Of a stretch of 64,000 nt of DNA, positions 34,244-45,920 are shown piece by piece (position 1 is the stretch's first letter; every line of letters starts with the position of its first letter). This DNA comes from Dudresnaya verticillata (taxonomy: Eukaryota). Location of the stretch: contig OZ374558.1 of assembly GCA_977862235.1 (NCBI GenBank), forward strand, positions 682,001 through 746,000. The letters are read 5' to 3'. A program made the translations under genes and the position numbers. The notes under the pieces are model-generated. The model was not told the DNA's origin, made no database searches, and saw only the letters and a program-made list of their open reading frames with translations.

Positions 34244-35848
34244 ACATTTTCCCAGCAGTTCGCATAAGCATTCACTGATCAACCGACGCGAGTTGGTCGA
34301 CCACAACGACGACTTCCTCTCCGAGTCCACACTTAGGCTTCCTTAAGGCCCCTTAATTTCTTTTCTTTGAGAAAAGCACTCCTAGTTTTACAGGCCATCT
34401 CTCGATAGCTATCAAATATTCATGAAGGGTCTTCTTCTTCACAATCAGACATTGCGGACAACTAAGAACTCTTTGACGTGGATAGTATTCGTTGGTCACA
34501 TCTCCTGGTCTGTGGGATTCGCGCAGTGCGACGCTTTGATGGGATTGATGTTTTGTTAGAACGAACATGAAGGGTAAGCTTCACTGCAACGAGGGAGGCA
34601 TCGTTGCCGAGATTTTAATGTGGGTACTGCATTTCTCAAGGCCAAATACAATACCACCACACCACAATGATAGCCATCGATAACGATAGAGTAAAGAGTT
34701 GGCATTGAGGGGGCTGCTCATTGGCGTTGCGGCAGCCACTCACTCAACCATAATATTCAAGCTTCTGGTGCTCTCAAGCAGATAGAGCCTAACCAGCCAC
34801 ATGGCCAGTGAAACTACAATTCGCATGTGGGATGGCAACGCCAGAATTCGCGCTCTTGCAGATGAACAAAAGCGGCATCGTCATCCACGATTGGGCCATT
34901 TGGATACTATCACGCTGATCAATGAAAGCGAGCGTGTTGTATTGTTCTAACACGATCCTGGGCGGAAAAACACGGCAATGTGCAGGGACATGTTGAGTTG
35001 AGACGTCATAGAGCTAATTCTCTTCTGATAGCAGGTAACTCTGTTTCAAACAGGGCCCAAATAGTACGGATTGCATCGGAGGTAGACTGTTGCGCGACAA
35101 TATCAATGTTGGGACTCAGGGACTTGGGCATTCAGCTTCTCAACACAAGAAATCAGGCGAAAACCGGCGCGTAGGGGATCTGGCGGTATCAGGAATGTTC
35201 CGAGGTGACAGCGGCGGGCGATCTACTAGTCGCGGTGGGCTTCCAGCGCGAGAACGCAGAGAATTTCCCGGGTTGGTATGTACGGGTGCTGGGCAGTTTC
35301 CTTGTAGGGCTCCGTCCCAAGGGCGGTTTCCTGAATCTTTGAACAATGGAGAGGCCGGAAGTCTGAAAGATTTCATCGCGCATGCCGGATGTGGTTGCAC
35401 GGCAAAGGAAGTGGCGATTCTTGGAGTTCGACAAGCATTGCGTGCTAAGCGATGACAGAAACTGGAAAACTCATGTTGAAAGCCCAAGATCGACGTTTCC
35501 CTGGACTCAAACTAAGCACTGCAATCATCGTGGTGGTTCACCATGGGCGAAGGACTTCGACTCGGTAGATGATGATGATGTCCACATGAACAAAACTTAT
35601 TGCCCATTGTTTTGAATTTCGCGGCATATTGCCGAAAATTCAGGCAACGCCGGGCGCGTCGTCGATATTCCCGACGATAACGCACCAGAGCCCTGCTTTT
35701 GAACCCCTCCCCTTTTGACCAAACCAACACACGTGCGACACAGGTGGACTTCAAGACGCGCCCGAACCCCCTCCCCGCTCGCCGCAACGGCGATTACCAA
35801 GTTCCTGATCGCTCCACATCCGCCAAGGCAGGCATCAAGACCAGCAAC

Positions 35849-36379
35849 ATGCCTCGTCCAATGTTCTACCCACCGGGCACCACGAATCAGCCGCAAGAGA
35901 ACGAGGAAACCCCAGCAATTCCCGGTGGGAGCGATGTGGGCAGCAACGAAGTGCCCGGAACAGAAGTTCAGGGTGCCACCACGGGACTCCAGACAGGTGC
36001 GCGTGGGCTGCGCCCGCCTCGTGAACGCACGCAGCAAACGCCAAGAGGAGAAGATGGCCTTTTCGGGGGATTGGTGGCCGGTGGATTGCGAGTACTTGAA
36101 GATCTATACAAACTACTCCGACAAGCTACCCCGCATCGCTACATGACTGCTGGGGCTACACGTGACCTTCGAGAGGTAACCGCCCGTTCTATGAGAGAGG
36201 AATTGGAACACCTCCGATACGAGCTCGAAAGAGACTTCCCAGAACTTGTCGAGGAGGCGCGACGTCTTGCCGGAACTATGACGGCAGTTGAAGCTTTTGA
36301 TCGAGGTGCTAGTACCAGTACTGGAGAGGACGAGAATGCACAGGGGGACGACGAGCAGCAGGGGCATACTTCACAGTAG
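35849..36379 (+). CDS. Hypothetical protein or decayed transposon ORF (low-complexity N-terminus, helical acidic C-terminus)
   Basis: ORF 35699..36379 with first ATG at 35849; amphipathic MREELEHLRYELERDFPELVEEARRL. No family recognised. Confidence 0.35.
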   Translation: MPRPMFYPPGTTNQPQENEETPAIPGGSDVGSNEVPGTEVQGATTGLQTGARGLRPPRERTQQTPRGEDGLFGGLVAGGLRVLEDLYKLLRQATPHRYMTAGATRDLREVTARSMREELEHLRYELERDFPELVEEARRLAGTMTAVEAFDRGASTSTGEDENAQGDDEQQGHTSQ

Positions 36380-37733
36380 CTCCCAGCTAGATTGGAAGGC
36401 GATGGACCGGGGCTATATCTCAAGACCGCACGGTGCGAGGCTCAGAGTTATTTCCTAAGTAGCACTGCACCCACGCAGGGCTTTCCGTATCTGAGCTACG
36501 CGCTCATTCAGCCTCGAAGGTAGGAGAAGTGCTCAACAAACACCAAAACGTATACCGACGCAAACGAAACGATGGAAGTTCGGCAAGTATAAGAAAGGAA
36601 AGTACTGCAGCCAGAGTCCGACAAGTAAAGAAGTAATGTGCATGATGGCTTTGTCAGTAGTGTTTATGAGACTTCCGCTGTTTGACCGAAGGGGGAGATC
36701 GTGTAAAGCGCGGAAGGCTCGACGGTAGCAACCGTGTAGAGATCGTGTAAAAAGCGGAAGGTTCGGCTGTGGAAGCTTGCTTTTCCCGGACCAACAGGCG
36801 ATGGAGGGGTACTTGCAGATGCCTTGCCTCGCTCTGACTAATCTGCAGAGGGAGGAGATGCCCATAACCCTGGTAAGGGCTACTCAAGTTTTGCAGAATG
36901 GGCAACTTTATACCGACGTTCCGTCGCGTTCAAGAGGCTCGCTCAAGGCCGTGGGAAGAGAAACAACCACGAAGCCGAACTAGCCTTGTGGCGCAGTGTT
37001 TAGTCTAGTGCTGGGTGCATCGAAAAAGCCTAGGAAGCGATGCGCGTTGTATGAAACAGCGGGCTAGATAGTCAGCGCACGGCGACAACATCGACGGTTG
37101 TACGCAGTGTATCAAGCACGGAAAGCGCGGCCGGAGTCGACGGAGATGGCCACAGCCACGACGGCGATGAAGACCCATCGGTTTGCAATACGCATTCGCA
37201 GGAGGTGCTGCTGAAAGCAAAATGGGCCTTGAAAGTGAGCTCCACAATTCCCAGCTGGTCTCCACGCGTCCTCTGCGAACCTTGCTCTTGACCGAGTGGC
37301 GCCCAGTACCTCATCTCGTCGACAACAGTGTGGACGAAGACTGTAAACCGTTGCCCAACGCTTTGAAGGGCAAGGGACACCCTGTCCTATGCGCCACAAG
37401 TGAGGAAGGCGAAGCACAACAGGATCTTGACAAAGAGGGAGTCCGCGAGACCGCCGGCAGAAGAGGAAGACTACGCAGAAGAGGAGGACTACTCGGCACG
37501 AAGAACATGATCGATTATCTTATAGGGTGGTCTCTGCAGGTCGCTTCACAGAGGAGGAGCATTACCAGAGAGCCTGCACTATGGGGCACGATGCGAGAGT
37601 CCGAGCGGCACGGCCGCGGGCCGGTCGCTGGAAACCCCACCCATTGCGACCGGCAGTAAAGCGACCTCGGGCGCGTCGACGCGCGATTGCAGCGCCGAGG
37701 TGTTGCCGTTCCTTCTTGTCAGAGCACGATGTG

Positions 37734-39124
37734 CCTCCTCCAGTTGTGTGCTGACCGCCTACGCCCGCATTTGGTCGCTATGATTGCCACAACGCTTGGC
37801 ACACTCTCCGTTCGTACAGTAGGGGACGCAACAAACACGACTGCGGACATCCGGCGGGGCGTGGTGCAAGGCTCTCCCCTCAGCCCGATACTTTTCAACC
37901 TCTTCATAGACCCGCTTGCCTACCTACTCTGCGAGAAACTTGGACGCGCTGATCACCACCCGCCGGGCCGGTTGTTTGCCGACGATTGCTTGCTACACGT
38001 CGAGTCACCCCACGCTCTACGACAGGCGCTTCGCATTTGCGACGAGTGGGCCAAGGACTCGGGTATGACCTGGTCTGCCACTAAGTGCGCTATTATCCTT
38101 CCGACTCGACACCGAGGTCGTCCCAACTCGACCAAGTTCCAACTTGCGGGCCAGACCCTCTTCAACCCTGCGACGGCCTACTATCTTGGCATAGACATTT
38201 CCCTTGCTGGCCCCGGTGACCGTACTGTCCTGCAACGGATAGCGTCTGCCAAGAATGTTCTTCGAGCACTGCCAAGCATGGCATTTGTGTCTGCCAAGAT
38301 GCCAGCAACGGCAGTTAACTTTGTATACCAGACCTTCGTGCGACCTGTCTACGAGCATGGATGTGCCCTCATCAACTATACTCCTACTGTCACGCGGGCC
38401 ATCGACAACCTCGACACCGAGTTCTTCCGCTTGTTCATATCGAAGCGCACGCCCCGCATGCCCAGCTCGCGTCTCAAGAAGCTTCGAGCTCTGTTCCGCA
38501 TCGTCCCGCCGCTTCTGCGCCATCGTATTCTACAAAGCAAGTTCGTGTCTTCCCTCCGCCGCACTGCGCGCTCCACGCACCTCCCGGCATCATGGCACAC
38601 TCGGCAAACTTTACTCCCTCTCCCGAAGCTCCGAAACCCGATGCTGGGCAACGCGATCCAGAACCCGACGACCCCATCCACCCTGCATGCTGACTGCGTT
38701 GCCCAATGGCGCTCTGCATTTCCCGGTCCGCGCAAAGCCCCAGTCCCCACCACATCACGCTTTGCCCCGGCGCTGCTACTCCCTGGCCACCGTGACCGCC
38801 TGCTTGCTATCAGATGGCACTTATGCACCTTCCCAATCCCACCCCGTTGCCCCTCCTCTCGTACGGCGCTACGCGCCCATGCCCTCGAGCTCACGAAGCT
38901 CTCGCACGACGCCCTCCAGCCCTCGGACATCCGCTCAGTCTCATTATCGATTGCTGCGATCCGTGACCTATGCTTAGTGGACCACCCTCCCCCGTTCTCC
39001 TTGTCACCCCCGTAACCACCTGCCCGCCCTTCATTGACACCTTGGCCCCTAGGGCCGGTGCGCCTGCAAATGGGCCTTTGTTGCCGGCGCAGGACCACCT
39101 AAAACAACAATAAACATGAATCAT
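37734..39124 (+). mobile_element. 5'-truncated non-LTR retrotransposon (RT C-terminal half, open to the stop at 39015), candidate TSD CACGATGTG
   Basis: GVVQGSPLSPILFNLFID, LFADD and YLGI motifs. A-rich 3' end AAAACAACAATAAA. CACGATGTG at 37725-37733 and 39125-39133. Confidence 0.88.
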
Positions 39125-39349
39125 CACGATGTGTTCGTTCGCTGAGCGCTAGCGTGCCACTCTCGGATGAACACTCTCTTTACTTTGCGCAAGCGCGGAC
39201 CATCACAACCGATCCCATGCACATACTTTGTAATTCTATAGGGTATCGCAAAAGACCGCCATTCCAACGCACTGTGGTGTGGAAAACAGGGTAAACGTCA
39301 CTTTACGAAAGCATACAACTAGAGCATCCCTACTGGATACTCGTAAGCA

Positions 39350-40530
39350 CTACATTGGAGGCAAATCTGCAGGAGTCAAGCGGCGACGATTGACGCTGAC
39401 GGCGACAAACTGCATAACAAAGGAGACAAGACGATTCAAGAGAGCATGTTTCTCAGCAAGCGGGCAAGTGCCTTTCTTTTCGGCAAGAAAGTTGGCGAAG
39501 ACTTGAGCGCAGATATCGAAGCCAGCACCGCTGCGTCCATATATATCAATGACCATCGGGTGCAGCTCGATGTCATATTGATCACAAACAGCGCGGTAAT
39601 AGTTACGTTTCGCCCTCTCGCGGGCAAGGATGGCCTGACCAGCAACGCGACCGGTTCTGCCCGGCAATGAATGGGGACTCACGACCGAGACATCGAACGC
39701 TTGTGCTTTAGGGGCAAAGCTGCGATCGTCCACGTAGATGTCCAGGCGAAGAGGGTCGCGGGTGGGGTCAGATGGATCGACAAAGGGCTCTTCCAGGCGA
39801 AGTTGGACACCATGATGCAGCGCAACTGTACGAATATGAGCAGCTAGTTTGTCCCGAAGGCCGTTATGGCGACGGATAGACCTTTCGCGAGCGCCACAGA
39901 CTGTGGCATGGTGCCCATAGCGGTCGAGCAGAGGGATAGAGGAGCGGGTGCCAGCTGCGCAGCGAGAACATGGGAGGTCACCACTGAACAACGGGAGACC
40001 AAGACGAAAGCGGGCCATGGTCTTCCAGATCTCAGGCTCCACGCGAAGATCACTCCCGTGAAAAGGGATAGTGATGAATGGGCGAGCAGAGTTTGAGGTA
40101 CCAGTAGATTGGAGTCGTAGACGAGTGCGGAAGTCGGCAGCATCGTGAGAGACAGGCGTCAGGGTCGAGAGCTTATGGAGCAGGAGCCGGTTGGTTAAGT
40201 CGTGTTGTAGAGCGTACGTGGGCTGGAAGGCAGTGGATAACCCCCGAGCCAGTAGCGAGTCCATGGAATAGGGTGCGGCAGATGGCGAGAGGAATAAAAT
40301 GCTCTGCACGCGTCGTAAAGGAGCAGAGAGGATAGAACGAGCGCTAAAACCGGAAACGCCGAGTAGAGCAGTGATCGTCGGCAAGCAGGCAAGAACGGAA
40401 CTGAGAAAGGCAATATCCGGCAACCATGAAGTATGCGTGAGACCCAAACCACCTTGGCGTAGCGGGAGACCGGCCAATTCCCAAGCACTGGTGGTCAGAG
40501 CCCAGGCGTCATGGAAGCAGCAGCGGTAAT
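39350..40530 (-). mobile_element. 5'-truncated CRE-like non-LTR retrotransposon: post-RT region, CCHC knuckle, restriction-like endonuclease (RLE)
   Basis: LPLRQGGLGL, RFRLGLP, CSRC..GHHATVC, RRHNGLRD, RLDI, DVSV, ERAKRNYY, PMVIDIYG in ORF 39350..40477. Confidence 0.88.
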
Positions 40531-41218
40531 CATTGCTTGATGTTATGAAACCGGCAAAACAGGAGGGGTTGGTCAGCTCATTTCCTGCTCGGTGTCGCAG
40601 CAGACGTCGGATACAGCTATCTGCATACAGGTGTAGTGAGGCCTACGTAGTGACGGTGGTCGGAGAAGAACGTGGACCCACTCGTGTTCTTGTTCTTGTC
40701 GGCGAGGAACACGGTTGCTGTTCTACGCCAGTTCGTCAAAGCCGGTAGTAACGCCGAGTGCGTGGCAGCCGTCTTGGCTTCCCAATGAGCCCAATGCACG
40801 GATGGCAGAGCGGGTGGATGTGGGACGCGGCCACTATGTGCGACTCCGGTATGAAACGTGGCTGGGGCGGCGGGGGCGATGGATGCTCAGCTTCCGCAAC
40901 GAACCTAGCAATAGACACACATGGTACCTAGAGTGTTGGTAGAATATGTGTGCCTGTATCTGGGCCCTCCGCCTGCTATGTGTCTTGGTGGCTAGGCCCC
41001 TTACGAAAGGTCGATCCATAGAATGGACAAAACGTCTTGCTTGCTTGTAGCCAACTGCGCATGGCGATCTCGTCCACCGCATTGGGTTGAACCTCTTTGA
41101 GGATTTCTACAACGCGTACACTCCGTGGCAGCGTGGCCACGAGGCCACGTGGCTGGGACTTGTTGCCGCGCTTCCCTTCGGCTGCAGCAAAGCATTTCTT
41201 AATAATTAAGATTAAGAA

Positions 41219-41700
41219 CAAGGGAGGCGCGCCTTCGGCGCGGGCGGCGCTGCGCGCCGCGTTCGTTCTGTATGTAAAGGGGTCCGGTTTGTGATTGTCG
41301 ACAGATGTCGATGTAATTTAGTATGCAATTTGTTTGATTTTGTCTTGAAGGGGAAAGGGGGGAAGCAAAAACGCAAGAATCCCAGAGGATGTCGGCGCAA
41401 CAGTCCGGCGCGGGGGCAGTGGCGGAGGGTTTGAAAGCATTTCTGCTACCAAAGGGCCCTCTCCTACATTACCAACGTCTTCTCGTACGCAACCGGCGTC
41501 AGGATCTGCAGGCGTGCGTCTCTTTCGCGGCAAAACGGTCAAAAGCGACTTTAACGGATAAAACTGTAGACTTACAGTGCGCCAAAAGAGCCGATTTTCG
41601 CGCAACTTCCCGGACGGGTCTTTGCACTGTGATTGACCCACCCAGCGCGCGAAGCTGTAGGAGGGGCTAACACCTCAGACAATCGTTATATAAGGGGGGA
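41219..41700 (-). mobile_element. Non-autonomous Helitron-like element (482 bp)
   Basis: On the minus strand: host A, 5'-TCCCCCCTTATATAA..., two GC hairpins, ...CTTG-3', host T. No TSD; AT-rich insertion site. Confidence 0.7.
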
Positions 41701-43534
41701 TTTTTTAATTCGTGTGGTCGCTGTACTCGCTGTGGTCCTTGCAATCGCTGTAATACGCGACAGAAACACTCGAAAGAAAAACTTGTTTTTTGGAAGAAAT
41801 AAACTGTACAACTGTCCACGCATTTTGTGGCACTTGCAAACAAACGCCGTAGCTGAAGCAAGAGAATTCTCTCTCGGATTTCCTGTTCAATGAACGCCCG
41901 GCATCGAAGCCGAAGCTTTCCCTTTCCCCTGCAGGTTGCATTTACATCACCTGGCTAGGATTTCTCCCCTCCACTGGCCGCAACTCCAAGCAACCAGTAA
42001 AGTTCACCATGCAGCGCAAGTAGCTCAGTGGTACTGCTGGGACCCAGCTTCTGAGTGCTAGAGCGTACAACGGTTCTGCAGTGCATCTTCTAGATAAATA
42101 TCTACCCTCTCATCAAACGCTTTCCGCTGGGAGCAGTATCCGGTTGTCTTACATCAGGTTGGAGACTTTATATTGGACATCTTCCAAGATTCAGAAGGCG
42201 CGGCTCCCCAAGCTGCTGGCAAAGAAGTCGAAGCATTTTTAAACCCGTGTATGGGTCCCGTACGCATAATTGTTTATAATCCAAGCAATCCTCAGCCGTC
42301 AGAACCAAGCCTTACTAACCTTACTAGCGCTCTCCAGAAGTCGCAGATCACCATCGCAAAAAGTAGCAGCAGGAGTTGTATTGAAATGGATTCGTGGCAA
42401 GCACATCAGCTAAATAAACAACTTTCTTGTACACATGCCATGTTCACGGTACGGCCAGCGTGGCGAGTGGGGCATGTTATGTTCGCGGCGACTATCGTTG
42501 CGAAGAATCCTCTCAAGACTCCATTGCGTCGGGTTCTATTACGGGGTACTACACCATCCTTAAACCTACCGTGAACATGTTTACTATGAACACTGCCATC
42601 ACATGTGCTCACGCGAACCATAGCGGACAAAAAACCGAGAATGAGCTCTACTGCCGCGGCAAGAAGCGCATCGCTCTTTCAGTCATTAAGCTTTGACGAC
42701 CAACCATTCGAGCCACAACAGGCTTTTAGCGGTCGCCAGCCAGCGCTCGTTATGCACATCAACACACACAGTGATGCATATATCGGGCCCCAGCTGTCCG
42801 CGTAGGACCACTCACACTAGTCACATGCGCATCGTTGCTGAGACAACGTGCAACTCTCACGCCAGTTTTGAGGCGACCGCATCAGAACGACAAGTACGGT
42901 AATTCTTCAATTCACGGCACCCACGCTCGCCAGGCATGCATTGCATTACGCAACCGCGAGCATGCGGTACACGTGTACACAGGTCGTGGATAGAATGGAG
43001 GCTCACCTGAATAAGAGAAAAGTTGCTTGTTTTCGATGCCACGCAAGGAATCAAAAGGAGGACTAAAGTCTCCTTTCTCAAAACGTGAAAGGGGGAGCGA
43101 AGGGAGTTCAGGAACCGCCAGCTTCGTATTTGTTTTCAGCCAGCCTGGACTACCGTATGCCTGTCGAGCTGCACGGTGTGGGCCTGAAGGTGCGTATAAT
43201 CGAAGATCCGCGGTGTCAGGCCTGCGCGTGACTAGGAGACCACAGAATGGCGATAGATATATACGTGTCTGGAAGACCCTTCCCCATCGATCGGCCGATC
43301 CAGTGTTCCGATTCAGCTTGAGACCCACAGATCGAGGCGAAGGCCGCATGCTCACCATGAGCTGTTTTCGCTAGTCCACCGTCCCTCTATCAGCATGCTT
43401 CGACCCAGACACGCCATCGCGTTACATCCTGATTTCAAAGAGCCTCATCGCCTTTACGCAAAATCCTTATAACAGCACCCCAACCTGGCATCCCCGCGTG
43501 AAAACCAGATTGCTCTCATTCCAGCAATCGCACG

Positions 43535-44065
43535 ATGCGCGTCTCTATCCTCTTGCTTCTTTTCCTTCTCCACCTTTGCCGGGCTCACTCCACGACTTCA
43601 TGTGGTCGAACGCGATTAATGCGTGCAGTAGCCTGTGCATGCCACGCCCATTCCTCATCGATAGCAATAGCTCCAACGCTCTCTCAATGGCGAATTACGT
43701 CTGCATGTAACGCGGCATATGGCACGGATCAGCGTCCACTATCCGTTCTCTGCTCGCAGTTCAAGTCTGCACGTGATCGGATGCGCTCGCGAGCTGTTGC
43801 GAGACGTCTCGCTGTGCTGGCTGGCAAATGTGGAGAATACCTGCCTGGTCGAGTACACGAAGCTGTGGAGGCTTTGCAAGGGGAAGGAACCGATTGGGCT
43901 TTCAGGGAAGAATATGAAGCAGAAGAAACCCCCGAGTTGCCCTCGCACCCGCCAGTCCCCAGCAGTGAGAGACGGGTTCTCGAGTCAAAGCATTACTTCG
44001 ACGATGGCTTGGGGTACGGAACCAGGAGGCTTGTTGTGTATAATCGGCTTAGAGGGAAGGTTTAG
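43535..44065 (+). CDS. Hypothetical secreted Cys-containing protein (176 aa)
   Basis: MRVSILLLLFLLHLCRA signal-like N-terminus, several Cys, TATAA at ~43468. Confidence 0.55.
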   Translation: MRVSILLLLFLLHLCRAHSTTSCGRTRLMRAVACACHAHSSSIAIAPTLSQWRITSACNAAYGTDQRPLSVLCSQFKSARDRMRSRAVARRLAVLAGKCGEYLPGRVHEAVEALQGEGTDWAFREEYEAEETPELPSHPPVPSSERRVLESKHYFDDGLGYGTRRLVVYNRLRGKV

Positions 44066-45870
44066 AGCACTAGCGAACTTTAAGCTTTGCGTTAAAGCTT
44101 CAGCTGTTCATGACTCCGTGCCCGCAATGCTTGCAGGACTGAACGAATTGGAACATTACGTGAAGTACTATGATGGATGCGTTACGGAATCATTGCTCAT
44201 CATACCAGGCTCAGCTGTCAGTCGCCGGAATTTCTATGCAGCCAGTCTCCAAGGGCACTACACTACCATCGCCTCGACCAGCTCGTAGACCCTCTGAAAA
44301 GATTCTCGATCTCTCACTTGTTCATGGTTCAGCTGGTTCTTGAGGTGATGACACTCAATTTATTCCCTGCAATCATTAAAACGTTCCCAAGCTGCTCTTC
44401 CATTAAAACGCTACGTACGTACGTACTACGTACGTACTTCTTCTCCGCCGAAGTTTTATTTCATATGTTTAGTCCGTATGCTTTTTAGTATATTTTTGCT
44501 CAGAGTGGGCTTATGGTGGGTGGTCTCTCGGATTACCAGTGACTTATGTGGTAGACTCCCGAACTACAAAAGATAAAGTGATGAACAGAGGATCAGGTCG
44601 AAGCTATGGCTGTGAAGCAATTGGAAAGGCAGTGGTTGTTCTCACCAGGCTATTGTACGACTTACATCTGAGAAAGCTTTCGTAGATGTTTGAGCGTCCT
44701 CCTTCCCTCATCCTTGATACAAGGGGCTCTGCTAAGCGAGGGGAGAAGCACTACAGCGAAAAAGATTGCAAATCGCTCTGCATCTACGCCGGCTTCAGCA
44801 AATGATAACCCCTTTTTTGGGCTCTCAACAGCTGTGCAACACACACACACAAACACGGATGGAGATGAAGCAGACCTTACTGAGGCTGACCATTAGAACT
44901 ACTTTGATATGGGTGCATGGCGACCATTCAGATCGGGACTTGGTGCTGACGATAATAGCTGCATCGAGAGCTTATTCGCGATTGGTTCTGCTACGAAAGA
45001 AACGCAAAATGACTCCTGTGCGATTTGAGCAGTTTGCTGCCCCGCAAGTGCTGCATTTGAATATGACTTCAGTCAGAATGTCACTCCTACTGCACGTGCT
45101 GGAGACTAATCGTCTCGCACGATGAACTTCCGTCCCTAAACGCTTCTAGCGAGATACTTGGTGGTGCTGCTTGGACAGCTACGGATCGGAAAAAGTTACC
45201 TGCGGTAGTTACCAGCGGTAACTTGTTTGTTAACTTACTGGTATCTATCGGCTCTTGAGTTTCGGTGAAAGCTGGCGCTTGCGCAGGAGCCTTACCATGT
45301 TCGTGGACGAGACTGCTTATCCACCATTCTCATTTTTCTATCGAGAGCGACTTTGTCGTGAACGTTTTGGAAAAAACGGGACAACGTCAACATCAGTGCC
45401 TCACTGCGCTTGTTCGCAAGATACGAAACACTTGTGAGAACCGGGGCGGCATTATTCGTTGAATTGAGTTGTCTGAATTTGAAGCTCGAGAGACTATCCG
45501 CTGTGGTTGGTTGGTAGTGGGTTGACTCCTTGGGCGTGTGTTTGATGTTGCTTCTTGTTGGGATATTGGGCTGCGCTCTCGAACGAAGAGTGCTTCAAGC
45601 TGCACGATGACAAGGGCTCATGTTGTGAGCAGTAAAGTTAATTAACAGTTGTATACAAGTGCAGCGTATCAGAATGGGATTGACACGGTAACGCGAGTGC
45701 GAGAGGGCTGCAGCCTGCCAGAAGGGCGCACACGCCTTCACAAGTACAGATTCTGCGGTCTGACAACAATCTACATTCGATATTTGCGGCCCTCCTTGAC
45801 TGATTCCGGCTGCGGGTCATAGCGGAACACTTTCTGAAATCAGCGTGATGCCGGTTAGCTCAGGCTAACT

Positions 45871-45920
45871 TGAGGTCCCGGTGAGGTCCCGGTGAGGTCC
45901 CGGTGAGTCCCGGTGAGGTC
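45871..45920. repeat. 11-bp minisatellite (TGAGGTCCCGG)x~4.5
   Basis: Three perfect units, one with a 1-bp deletion, one partial. Confidence 0.9.
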
